From: Perna viridis
Lineage: Eukaryota
DNA length: 64,000 bases
Assembly: GCA_037379345.1 (NCBI GenBank)
Contig: CM074523.1
Span: 31,883,678-31,947,677 of the forward strand
Reading direction: 5' to 3'
The translations under genes and the position numbers were made by a program. The notes beneath the pieces were generated by a model, which saw only the letters and a program-made list of their open reading frames with translations, was not told the DNA's origin and did not search any database. Each line of letters begins with the position of its first letter. Position 1 is the stretch's first letter. Positions 1 to 14,000 of this stretch are shown piece by piece.

Positions 1-849
1 TCAGACTGTATTTTCTAAACATTGCCCATGGGGAATACAATATTGACTGACAACATTACATGGATAATCTGTAATCAATTTTAATGATCCAACCAACTGT
101 TGCAGAGAGATAGTGTCCCATTCTCATTGTATAGAACTGTTAAAGTACTGAGTAAAAGTTGTCTAATCTCTGGTCCACCTTTTAAGTTTAGATAAGTCAC
201 TGTACTTTAAATTACTATAGGATATTGGCCCGATATACATGTATATGTATGATGTGCTACAGAATTATATTTTGTCTGTCTTAATTTTTTGCCTTTTCAA
301 TTAAGGAAGGACCTTTTGAATAAAAGACGGGGAATTAGGCCCTGACCTTTATAGAACCTTAAATTTACTAATCTGGTGGTGCAAGTTTTTTTACTTGTAG
401 TACATGTTGTGTACATGTATCAATTCTATCACCATAGATATCTTAAATGAAAACATTATATCTCTGATGTTGACTGAAATATAAAAAAAATAGAACTATA
501 AACAAACAAACATCCATTACATTGTATTGTTACAGCTATATAGTACATGCATATGACTAATTCTAAAAGTTTGGATGAATAAACCCTATACCAATGTACA
601 TGTGCATTTTGTATGACAACAAAACAGAGTTTTTTTCACTTGGCAGCAAACAGGACTCTTATGACACAATGTAGATGAATTAAGAGGTCCTCAAAATTAC
701 TTTTTTGCTCCTGTCCTTTGGACTGATAAAATTTAATGTAAGAATTAATTTACTATCAATTTATATTTCAATGTAGTCTGTTTTCAAATAAGGTACATGT
801 TGGCACTCAACTACAGGACTATTGTTAGTATCAAACCCTGGAAGAGATA

Positions 850-1059
850 TACTGTGAAAATACTTGTATTCATGGATACCAACTTTCGTGGATTGGAGAA
901 GAAACATGAGTTTGTGGATTCTTGCATTTGTGGTTTTCCAGTTTTCAGGATTCATATCAATGGAAATCTCCTTTTCATTGGTAACCAAATTTCATGGTTT
1001 GACCTACACACAAAAGCCACAAAAATTAGAATCCCAAAAACCGTAGTACTTTCACAGTA
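850..1059. mobile_element. MITE family A (about 200 bp; TIR CTGTGAAAGTACT, TA flanks; Tc1/mariner-like)
   Basis: tactgtgaaaatact ... agtactttcacagta; homologous copies at 16704, 23348 and 51104. Confidence 0.8.
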
Positions 1060-1937
1060 TTTTCACTGGTAAAATTTTGTTGCCTTGTTCTCAATGTACA
1101 TAATTAGTTTTTATTCAAGGTAAAGCACATCTTAACATTGCTTGTACATAAAGTTTTGGCTCCAAGGCTTTAATGTAAAAAAGATATATGTAGCATTAAT
1201 TTATGATATCTATGCCTTTGGCTTAAATGTTTGTTGAATCATAAAACTTGGAAGTTGTATATCCATGACTATTCATTTACATATACAATGTACTCCAGTG
1301 TCTTTTCTTCAAACCATTCATGGACTGCTTACATGACTCCAGTCCAGTACAGTTTTGGCCAAACAAAAAGTACCTACCCCTAACATCTTTTATTCAAACC
1401 ATTCATCAACATTGCATGCATTTGATGTTCATTTGAGCTTCAGAAATTTTTAGTTTAAATTTTTAACCCAAATAGTTTTTTACTTCAGCAGGTGCTTTCA
1501 ATTCTTCTGATTGATTTGCTAATTCTGTTGTATATCATTAACTCTGTTAAGTTCCAGTATTTTTATTTCAAATTTCATCCTCACCACAAAAATAACTGGT
1601 TTAAATGTTCCTACATTGTTACTCCTTAATAATCAAATGGACTGTGATTTTTCACATATGAACACATATGAAGCTGCTTTTTCTCAGATACATAAGTTCC
1701 TCCAAACAGTAGCAGACATGTTATTTTCTACAGTATTATGAAAAATATCAGAATACATCAGACATGGATCTGGACTAAAGTTAACTCCGAAGTTCAAACC
1801 ATCTAAAATATAGAATATTCTGTGTGTAATTACTTTTCGCATCTACAGCTGTTGTTTTTATATTTAGAAGGAGAAAATTTCTGAAATTTCGTTTGCCATT
1901 TTTTTGTGGTGTGTTGATTGTCTGTTTTATTTTGTAG

Positions 1938-2066
1938 AAGAAAGTTTTGGAAGTTCCGTTCGCCACTAATTATATTGCTGTGCAGCAAAGACTCGATGAA
2001 ACAAGGGATGCACAGACCAAGATAAAAGCTTTGAAAAGGAAGGTCAATGAAATTAAGCACACAAAG
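1938..2066 (+). CDS. Spectraplakin exon (plakin domain, SR3-like): KKVLEVPFATNYIAVQQRLDETRDAQTKIKALKRKVNEIKHTK
   Basis: ttttgtag acceptor, AAG|gtagat donor, 129 nt, phase 0-0, open helical frame. Confidence 0.8.
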
Positions 2067-5000
2067 GTAGATTGAAGTTTTATATTGAGGATTTATTCAG
2101 GAGAAAAAATGCTTTATTGTACTCCTACTCAACAACTTGAATCATGTTGTCTGTTTGTCTGTAAGCTATTTTTTATGCCCCCGCAACGATAAGTTGGGGG
2201 GCATATTGTTTTACCCCTGTCCGTCTGTCCATATTTCCGTCTGTCTGTAATTCTGTCCGTCCCATAAGTTTTCCGCACTTTTTTTGAAAATCCTTGATAA
2301 TATTGAACTGATTTTTTGTATATGAGTCTTTCATGATTTGTTGCAGATCGAGTTTAAGTTTCGTTCAGCTATGCTGAGTTTTACTCAAAACCACATGCGG
2401 GGGCATCATTTGTGTCTCACAGACACAATAACACATCTGACAAAGTGCTTTTTACAATTATGAGTTATGATATAGCTGTATGAAGGTTAAATGCAGGGGC
2501 ATCACTTTATTTAGTCTGTCCTTATTTTGTCTCAATATTATTGGCCTCCAATTTACCTCAAATTTGGCATGTGGCTTTATGTAGATGGGGCATACATTTG
2601 CACTTGTAAAGAATTTTCGTTGCTGTCCATTTATGTAGATGAGGCATATGTTTGTACTTGTAAGTAATTTTCATTCCATTATCAGCTGCCTGTTTTGTAG
2701 AACTTCACAACTTTTCTGTAGATGGAATGAAAGAGATAATTTATATCACAAAAATCTCAGCTGCCCCAAAGTGGATTGATTTCTATTGTAGCATGTGGGG
2801 GCATACATTGTAAGTGATTTTTGTCAGTGTAATGTATAAAATTCCTATTTAGTGGGACTTGTATGAGGTGGGGGTACACTTTGCACAACAACTTGTGCAA
2901 CCATGTTGTTAACTGTCAACCAGATCAGGTCACTTAGAGAAGTATTTTTGGCACTCAGTCGGCTTATGGAAGTCGGCGAATGTCGGTCATATTTATCTCA
3001 GAAACTCAAAATCATAGCCACTAGATATTTAGTGTGTAACTTCAGTATGGGGTCCAATATTGTTTTAAGTGATTTCAAGTCTGTCACACTTCTACTTCCT
3101 GTTTATGGCAACCTTTCCATTTTTGTCTCTGACCCATTTTTTAACATTTTTGTACACGTCTTTTGTCTGGTGCATATTTACAGTGTACAAATATATATTT
3201 TTTGCTGTCTGTTCATTTGTCAATTCTAAAAAAACCAAAGTCATGGATTTGATTATTTTATGATTTGTTTGTCTTCATACGAGAAAGTTTCCTTTCATTT
3301 TCCATTGTTTTCAGATGTTTAGTAATTTCACATCTAATACTGAAAAATAATGGGGTGGGTTTGTGCTTTAAGCCATTGCTTAAATATTAAAATTAAAGTT
3401 AAACTCTAGTACTCTTTTACAGTTTACACATTGAGTGACAAGAAAAATTGAGCATTTGAAATGTACGTCAAGCTATTCATTTCTGGCTAAATACACAAGT
3501 GTAATAGTTGAATTTGTAAGTTAAAGTGTCTATATCAGAATACATGCTCATAATACTGAATAAATATCTATATATTGAACAGATGTATAAAGGTTCAATT
3601 TGTATTTAATTATTTAGAGTTCAGTGGTATAAAAAAAATGCCCATCATGTGCCAAAACGTATTAGATATCAAATGCAGTCTATTTACAAGGCCATGCCAA
3701 AAATCTTTCAACTGTGTTAATACATATAGCTATCCAATGAAATGGTGATGATTACTTACTGTGAAATCAGTTTAAAAAAAATCCCTTTGTACTTTTGGGA
3801 TTTGTTCGGTTAAAGATATTTGTTTAGTTTACCAAGGTTTAAAATATACTGTAACTTTAAAAAGTGTCTGGTTTAAACAGGTTTTTTTTATAATGAAGGG
3901 TTTGGTTTAGACAACTTTCACTGTATATGAATAGACAGTAACAAATTCAATTTATTAAAATCTTGCTTTCACTCTACATTTTCTTCATTTTATTTCATTG
4001 TTAAACGAAAAAAAAGTCAAATTTGGCCTTTTACTCCTTTCCTATGGCAGATTCCTTTGAAATACAATTTTAATACAGAAAAGATTTGAACAAGCCATTG
4101 AAAGTGATAAATACTCCCATTTATTGAGCCAAGCAAAGTTACCGTCAAATTTGTTTTCAATTTGAAACCTCGACCATGAAATTTATTCTTGTAACGCATT
4201 TTACATAAATAATTGTATTTGTAAAAATGTGACCTGTCAGAAAATGTATGTAGTATTTGTAAATGAAATGTATTTGAAAGTTGGCAAGTGTTGTCTTTCT
4301 AGTTACTGGTGTTAGCTGTCAAAATTATGAATAGGACTTTGTTTATTTATGTGAAACAATGTTTCAGTTTCTTTTTAACAGCTTTTATACACTGCACTTG
4401 TTCAGATTCAAGGATAAAAATAAGAAAATTTGTCTTAGTGGTCCAGATTGATGTTTCTTGCCTTTTTGGGTACTTTATTTGACCCCTGTGATTGAATTGT
4501 TCATCAGGTTGAAGTATAAAACTTAAGGGAGAATACATAACATTTTTATGGATAGTTATGAAACCAATTATCAACAAAAATGATAGCGAAGAATCAACAG
4601 TGGTATGATTCAAATATGTCAAAATCAAAAAACATGGGATAAAGTGAGCACATGAAACAGAGTGACTTATGAAGACAATAGTTAAGAGTTGAGTCCCTTT
4701 TATTTCAATGACCTCTTTTTTATCTAGCAATCAAACAGGGCAGCAAGTTGAGTCTAAATTCCTATAATGGAAACTTTACATTTGGTCTGAGACTTTTCCA
4801 GAAGGCTAGAATTGTCCTTTATTTTCAGCTGAGGGTTCAAATTTACTCTAAAGGAAGGTTCTGGATTTTTTTTTGCATTCTAAATGAATGGTCTGTCAGA
4901 AGAAAGTGAAATATTCATAACAAGAGTAAATGTTAAATATGGTTGGACCAGGGGATCTAGATAAATGGAATTTCAGTGGTCCTGCATCAGAAAAGCTTAA

Positions 5001-8000
5001 ACCTCCTGATTTCAGTAAAATAATATCATGGACTATAGGGTTACAGGAATTGCTCTTTCCTAATTTGATCAATTCAATAAAAATTTAGGCCCAAGGATGT
5101 AGACACAATTAGTAATAGTAGGTAATCTCATCTTTTACAGAGAGTAAAATAGTTAACTTCAGGGAATAGAGTTGGTCAATTAAATGACAATCACCAGTGA
5201 TTAACTTCCTTAGGTCCTTAACTGGACAAATGACCCTGGGACCTATTGAGGCTTAGCCTTTTGACTAGCAGACATATATAACGTTCTAGCCAACTTGAAA
5301 TATCTTTGAATTTAAATCTCAATGATAATTGTCAAGTTAAAAACCTAGGCATTTCATCAGTAATGGTCATCCAGTCTAAAAAGACATACTCTATTTTCTG
5401 AAGTTAACTATGTTACTTGCTGTAATACTGGCTACATTGATCAGCCCTTTTATGGTAGTTTATTGGAATTTCTTTTAGGCCCTACAAGTTAGTAAGTTGT
5501 TTCACATATGACAGCTATACTGCATACAAGAATAAAATATGATGATGCTTATTTTAAATTAAATGTGTATTAATTGGTGAGAAAAAGAATGCCAACTCAG
5601 CTAGCCTTCGAGAGCCTCAAATGTTAATGTGCATACCAAATAGTGCTTAACCTCAGCCCAAGGTCTTTGGTTTGAATAAAGCTAACTTACATAACCCTGT
5701 AATATCATATTTATGCGAATTTTTATTGGTATTTCATAGAAAAATCTAGTATTTATGGTTTTAAAAGCCACGGTTATAAATATTGGTATAATATATGACC
5801 TATGACCTTAGTGCTCACTTTTAAATATATAATGTTTAAAGTACTGTAATGTACTATAAACTATGGCTCAACAGGATTTTTTCCCTATCAATATCATCTT
5901 GTCCACTTTAATCATGTAGTTGTACATGTACAAATGAATATCTATATTTTTTGGTCTTTTTTCAGTACAACAACATTTTATTAATAGTCTGTTTACTCAT
6001 CCTGAAATATCAGCCAAAGGACATTAAGCCATAATCAATCAATCAACCAGTATTAAAACAATTGAAATTAGTTTGCTAAATCAGGTTTAGAAACTGTAAA
6101 GGACAGCATACTGGTATCTTGAAAAGTCCAATTTCACAGAATGTAATGATGTTAAATATGCTTTTTTCTTACCCTCCCCCTAACACCTACCCCTCCCAAC
6201 TTGCCTGACTTGAAGAAATGTGGAAAAGATAAATTCACCTGACATGTACATGAAATGTAGCATACATGTATACATGTATATTTAAACTGTTGACATTTGG
6301 TCAACTTCATTAAATTTAAATGACATTTCTCCATTTAACTGCCATCATATTTTGATATCTATAAGGCTGTAATATATAGGACACCTACACTATACATGTT
6401 TAATAATTCAGACCAGGATAAAATACTGAGCTTAGAGGTGTAACAATTGTTCAACTACTGAAATTTGAGGACCAGGATTATAACATTCATGTGTACATGT
6501 ACATGTATTTGCCATTGTTTGGTTTGTGAACATTGCACTAAATTGTGCACCACTTAAAAAGTTTGCTTGATCTACAGTCAAATGTGTTTTATTAACATTT
6601 CCTTGGCCAAATCATGTGGTACTATGTGCTTTGATTTTGTTTAACAGATCTGTGGAATTGGAATGACCCAATTTTTCCCACACTTTAAATTGAGAACTAG
6701 ATGTATGAAATTAGTTAAGTGTCACTCTACATGTCTTAACCATTTGGTTGTTGAATTTAAGAAAGGCTGTCAAAAAAGAATAAAGAAATATATTGGTTTC
6801 TTTACCAAAGTCTGAAGTGATTTCATATGTTTTGAAATTAATACTATGAAAACATGTAAAATATACATGTCCATTTAGGACATTCAGGCCTGTAGCCTTG
6901 GGAAATGAATGTTTCTTTGAGGAAACATTATGACAGTATTCTTGTACATGTACAGTACCTGTACCTGTTCCATATTACAATTTACATGTACATGTATACA
7001 CTGAATCCCTAACTCTGCTATGCTGAGGTGTTTTATGATAGCTAAAATAGTGAATGTTTCCTTCAAGAATTATATTAGTTTACATGTGCCCCTGTACCTT
7101 CATATATTGAACCCCTTACTCTGCAGACAGTGTTTTCTAATGCCTGAGATAGTGAATGTTTCCTTGTAACAGTTTACATGTACCCCTGTACATGTATATT
7201 TGACATGTACCCCTGTACTTGTATATTTGAATTCTTAAATCTATGACAGTGTTTTACAATGGATGCGATACTTGAATATTTCCTTAAGGAAATAGGTAAA
7301 GGGCTGTGATCACACTAATGTACTTTAAACCTGCTACACTATTTTGCACCTGTCCCAAGTCAGGAATTTCTGGTCTCTGTATGTATTGTATCGTTTTTCA
7401 CTTTCAGGTTTCTTTTTATGTTGCTGGAGTATGTGGGGACAACTATTTGGCTTTATTTGTGTATTACATTGTTTTGGGGTCAGCTACAGCCTGCCCAGTT
7501 GTGTGAGGGTTGCCTTGTCATTCATTGAAGACCAATGGGTGGTCTTTCATCCAGGTGGGGTTGTTGTCTTTGACATATTCACCTTATATATCCATTCTAG
7601 TTATATCATGAACCCTAGTATGTGTATACATTGAATCCCATAGGCCCATGACTCTGATATGCTGATGGTGTAAATAATGGCAGAGATACCAAATGTTTCT
7701 GAAGGTGTTTTATGATAGCTGAAAACTGAATTTTTCCGTAAGGAAAGATATTACAGTTAACATGTACCTGTATGTATGTAATCACCAGGCCTGGTCTACT
7801 TAAAACCATAAGTTGTTATTTGTTGACATTACTATCTGTATATCTAATAAAGTGACACTTTGAATGGCAATAACTTATAAATTCTCTTCAATGGGAAATT
7901 TACAACTCTGAAATTGATGATGAAATATACGAGTTTGTTTATACAGCTCTGAAATTGACAAATATATTTGGGACCATTGCTATTCTTTTCACATGGAGCT

Positions 8001-11000
8001 GTGAATAGTCCTTTTACATACATATGTTGTTATCAATTTAAAAATGAAAGGGTCATTTGTATGTAATGTTCATTTATGTCATGTTAGAAGAAAAGTGTGA
8101 ACTTGATAAATTAAAGGGATTTCTAAAGATATAGAGTTACCATACAATCTTAGTAATGAACTTCACATTGTCTGATGCCAAAAGGATTTTATTTTAGTTT
8201 TGTTAATTTTTAAGCTTCCAAATTTAGTATCTTACTTACTGTACTTGCTTAGGCAAAATGAAATATGCCTGTTTCTTGCTATCCTACCTACCTACCCTAA
8301 TTTTTTCTGCCTACCATAAACATTTTATTGACATTTTAGCTCCAGCACTGTTAAAGTCTAGTTTGTTTCTCCATTAACTTAATGTAAAATGTTTTTGAAA
8401 AATAAAAGTATTTCCCTACCTACCTACCCTATTTTTTTCTTGTTGGTATCAAGAAACAAGACCATTATTTTTTTCCCTAATGGTTACACACATGCATGTA
8501 CCACTTTACTCTAAATTGGTGACTTGTTTCTTATTCTTGCTGTAATGGACAACTTTACTTCATATGAATGAAGTTTCTCATGAAGATGATTGTATTTACT
8601 TAATGTTTATTTTGCTGTTCATGTGTTTCTATCTTTTTTTTTCTTCACTTTAGGCAAAAATTTGCCTTTGACTTTCAAATTGATAATTTTACTTTGAACA
8701 TACCAGCAGAACATATTCATGTCTATCAGTACCTGCTGTACCAGGCGCTACACCCTGTTTATATATAGAGTGAAACTAAGAGGTGGTTACAGTGCTGTAA
8801 TTTGAAACCCTTTAAGATTGCATGTACACTGTGCCACCTGATATCATTTTGAAGAACAGACCATAAATTTAAGGGAATCTATCCTGTTAAACACAGCTTT
8901 TTTGGATTCACTAAAAGCATTGGTGTGGCATGAGATAAAATTTAATACAGATTTGACACTGACATTTTGAACCAATGTGGCATAGTTTTCCGCAATTATC
9001 AAATAAGCATTTGTTTCAGATGGCTTAAAGACTGTTAGCTAAGGATAAAACCTGTACTGCTGAATTATAAGATCAGAATTTCACAGTTAATTAACAGAAA
9101 GGACTCTTAACCTCATACAATAGCTACAATATTACTCCCCAAGCGGGTATTTTGTACTAAGAATTTTGTACTTTAGAAGTTTAGAGAATAAATGAGTGAA
9201 ACCAAACTGCATGTAGCATGTATAACCTTGGCAAGTATTGGTCTGTAAAACATTTTTACCCTGTGATTAATGGTGTCCATCTGTCTGTCTGCCCATTACC
9301 TGTAGTCTGTTTGCAATTTCTTTGTTAAGGTACGTTATCTCTGCAACTAGCAGTGCTCATTTCACATTCACTGGTTTCCATATCATGGTTTCTGTGGTTG
9401 GGAGCTGGGGTACCCTTTATCATGGTTACTGTGGTTGGAAGCTGGGGTACCCTTTATCATGGTTACTGTGGTTGGGAGATGGGGTACCCTTTATCATGGT
9501 ACTGTGTTTGGGAGCTGGGTACCCTTAATCGTGGTTTCAGTGGTTGGGACCTAGGGTACCCTTTACCATGTTTACTGTGGTTGGGAACTGGGGTACCCTT
9601 TATCATGGTTTTTATGGTTGGGAGCTGGGATAGCCTTTATCATGGTTACTGTGTTTTGGAGCTTGGGTACCCTTTATCATGTTTAAAGACCTTTGCTCAT
9701 GGTTTTTCTAATTTTTTTTCTATAATATTACCTACAATGTAAATGTAACACAATATTTAAATAGGCATGTCACATACTATTTGAACCTGGCATGAAAGGA
9801 ATTTCTCTAAAGCTGACTATACTGGTAATGATTTAAAATATTCATGTAATGATATTTAGGTCAAATGGAAAGGCATAAAAGTATATTATATTATATTTTT
9901 CATCAAAACATATAAGACATTTTTGTATGAGACTTTTCAATAGTATCTAGATGTGTGTTTTACAAATTAAATACAAAAACCCATTCATGAACAGATCTTC
10001 CATCAAAAGGAGGATTTAAATATGATTGTATTTTGTATTTAGTCAGGAGATTTTTATCACTGCTTGATATTTGTGTTGACATTCATATGAAATATCGAGG
10101 CTATGAATACCTCATTGATATGATACGGCGTTAGTTTGAGATCAGGCGGAAAATTAAAACATCGCTAAAAGAGCCAATCTATATTTTTTATAAACAGAAA
10201 TGATGTTTCCATTAGCAAAAACAGCGAAGAAATTATCACAGTAAATCTTTTTGTAAACAAAGTCATAATCTAAAAAGAAGTTATTTATAAATGTTTTTAG
10301 TGTTCTAGACTTAAGTTTATGAATTAAGTAATTTTTGTCTGAAACTGATAAACAGCACAAATATACCAACAAATAAACCCTTGTTTATATTAAACCATTT
10401 TAAAGGAGCATGTTTGCTTACACCTGTTTCTGGCCTTGTTGTGGTAATTTTAATATTTTACAGTAAAAAATAGGGATCATGAATTTAGAATGGTAACATT
10501 TTGTATTTGCTTCCCCATTACTGCCATGTCCCCCCCCACTATACCCCTTCACTCCAACTTCTTTCCTTATTTTGGAGAAGATGTTAAAAGAAAACCCTGT
10601 CTACTTTATCATGGATCCTTTACTCCTAATTTTAACTTCCTGACTCTTCATTTCGGATTCTCAACCGCCCTCAACCCCTGGGTCCTGCATGACCCATTCC
10701 CTGTCCAATTAAGTGCCCTTCTAGGATTGAACATTATGAAATTAATAGAGATTTCCTATATTTTTACAGGGTCAGTTACCAGAAGGCCAGAAAGTTGTTG
10801 GGGAGTACTCTGTCCTTGAGGTAAGTATTGCACAGAAAACTTTGTTTCATTATAGATTCACTTTTTTCCTAACTTCACTGACTTGACTGCAACTGAGAAC
10901 CTAAAATCAGAAAACCTGATCACAGTATTATAGAAAAGGTAATAAAAGGGAACCAGAAATAGGATGGTAATGAAAAAGAACATAATCCAGGGACAATGAC

Positions 11001-14000
11001 TAGACAAAGAAAATAGACACACACAACAAAGAACATAATCCAGGTATAATGACTAGACAAGGAAAATAGACACACACAACAAAGAACATAATCCAGGTAT
11101 AATGACCAGACAAGGAAAATAGACACACACAACAAAGAACATAATCCAGGTATAATGACCAGACAAAGAAAATAGACACACACAACAAAGAACATAATCC
11201 AGGTATAATGACTAGACAAGGAAAATAGACACACACATTAAGAACATGAAATAACCAAAATAGTAGACACATAGAAATCAGAGTAAATGAGCAACCAAGT
11301 CCAAACACCACCAAAGTTCAAAATTATCCTGAGAATAGTTGTAACTTCCATGGTCACTAAAAACAAAGTGCTTAAAATTTATGACATCACAAACAGTTAA
11401 AATTTATTTCAGACTTAAGTATTTTTCAAATTTTGTGAAGCTGGAGGCTAAACTCCACTAAAAACTGTGATGATGGACTAGGTGCACTGGTAGAGTAAGT
11501 GTTTTCTACTTTTCTAGAAACACCTGCCCAATAGCTCTTTGAGAATAACAGGAAACATTACATTCTTCTTAAACTGTTTTAGAAGTGGATAGAATAACCT
11601 GCAATGGATTAATTCAGAATTCAACTTCTGTCCTTATAAAACAGTGTTGTGTTGTTGCAGCATACTCTTAAGAAAATGTCTTGACCAATCAGCAATGCCA
11701 AGAACAATAGCAACCCCAGAATGTCATACAATTTCTGAATTGGTCTATCACCTATAATATTACCAGCACCCTTTTCATATTTCAACAGAAATATGAACCC
11801 ATTTATGCCAACTGTATCCAAATTAGACTCGTCTAATAAAATATTCCTTTTATTGCTTCTATACTTCTATGTAGAAAAATTGTGGGATAGAATTAAGTTT
11901 TACATGAGACAAAAACCAATGTTTTGTAGGACCAAGGTTTACAGAAGAAGAGATGTTTGGAAACCCTGCTTTATGTCAATGAGGTGGAAAATGTGCTACA
12001 GGTGAAAAAAAATGATATCTTATTCTCCTACACTGTAATACAGTGTAACCTGTCTAAACTAATCCATGAAATAACAATGAAAACCTGTCTAAACCAGACA
12101 CTATGAGGTTCCTAGGTTCCTATATGTGAGTTTAAATATTTGTTTAATTGAACACCTGTCTAAACTGAACAAATTTGACAGTCCAAAAGGGGTTTCATTT
12201 AGACAGGTTATGTCCCATATATTAATCGTTCTGGCACAAGGATATCTGTGATATAATGACATCCTAAGGCGTTTAGCTATTCCTGTAGCAGGAATATTAT
12301 ACTATAAAAATTAATTGTAAATTACGCATTTATTGTTAAAGTTCCTTAGTAGGCATGGTAGGGTCAAAGTACATTGGTTTGTTGTGAGCTGGCAGTACTC
12401 TTCAGTACCAAGTAAAATGTATTTTGCAGAAAGCAGTTTTTCAATATGAAAAATGAAGGAGTGTTTTTTATTTCACCGATAAAAAAAAAGGCATAAGTGA
12501 AAAATTTGTCTGTAGAAATGCTGTCGCAGTGCTATATTCTATCCTGTCTGTACTTGCATGAAATTTTACACTGATGAATGATTGTGAGATTGACCAGTGT
12601 AAGATGTACCTCACACTGATGAATGATTGTGAGACCAGTGATAGATGTACCTTACACTGATGAATGATTGTGAGATTGACCAGTGATAGATGTACCTTAC
12701 ACTGATGAATGATTGTGAGACCAGTGATAGATGTACCTTACACTGATGAATGATTGTGAGATTGACCAGTGATAGATGTACCTTACACTGATGAATGATT
12801 GTGAGATTGACCAGTGATAGATGTACCTTACACTGATGAATGATTGTGAGATTGACCAGTGATAGATGTTCCTTACACTGATGAATGATTGTGAGATTGA
12901 CCAGTGATAGATGTACCTTACACTGATGAATGATTTTGAGACCAGTGATAGATGTACCTTGATTTGATATAAAGTAAATAAAAAAGTTTGACTGATTGAT
13001 GATTTTATCTGCGTATTTAATTTTTATCTTAAAAATATTTACTGAATGTAGCACCTTTTATATTTAATAATCTTTTTATAAGTATAACCACTGTATAAAT
13101 GAACATTTTGACAGAATATGAAAGTAGATTCAGTTGTTCAAATTATCTTTTAAGAGGAATAGATCCAGGACTTTTTCAAATTTTCAATCAAAGGTCCCCT
13201 TGTGAAACATTAAAGGTCCTCAATTAAGTGTCAATATAGGAAATTGGAGTGCAGAATTCAGAGGTCATGGTTCAGAAATTTAAGGTCATGGACATTGGAC
13301 CAATGCTAGATCTAGTCATTCTTATCCTTTAAATGGATTCAAGTTTTCAAGGGTGGGTGGGGGGGGGGTAGATCTTCCACTGCTTTACCAAATCAATTTT
13401 CAAAATTAAGTGTAATACTTAAGTGCCATTCTCTGTAAAATCAGGCAGTGGGTGAATCATGGTGGATAAAACACACACAAGTCTTTCCATGTAACCTGAT
13501 TCAAAATGTAATATGAAATGCAGAAATAGCATTCATTTCTTTTTTCAGTGAGAGTTATTCAGGGTATGAATTATATGAAATGCATTGCAATTCGTTAAAG
13601 GGGGATAACTCACCTTCCACCTCTATCATTTTGTTGTAACTTTGAGCTGTCTTTCTGCATCCTATGACCCTTCTAAAACAAAGAAACTATCAATCTGTCA
13701 ACATTTGCCTATTAACTTAACCATGTGCCTACATTGTCAAATTTGTGTGCTTTTTCTGAGCATTTCAATTTTACCTAATTCTTACAGATTCCAGCATTTA
13801 AGGTCAAGTTTGATTATAGTTAATTTTGTATTTAACATTTATGGAGTGAATTGTCTTTCGTCACCTTAACAAAATAGAAAGTGGGAGAATTTGTGATTTT
13901 CCCAAACATCTTCCCTTATTATTCAGGCCCATTGTGCATTTATTTTGTATAACATTAAATATCTGCAATTTCTTTCCCATGCCTTTACATTCCTTCTTTG

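Noticed and set aside
9322-13054. ORFs at 9322-9742, 10920-11314 and 12611-13054
   Set aside because: They lie over minisatellites and translate the repeat units.
13788-13802. Candidate 15-nt phase-0 microexon (IPAFK) after a good acceptor (ctaattcttacag)
   Set aside because: The donor AAG|gtcaag is weak and there is no homology support; it needs RNA-seq.
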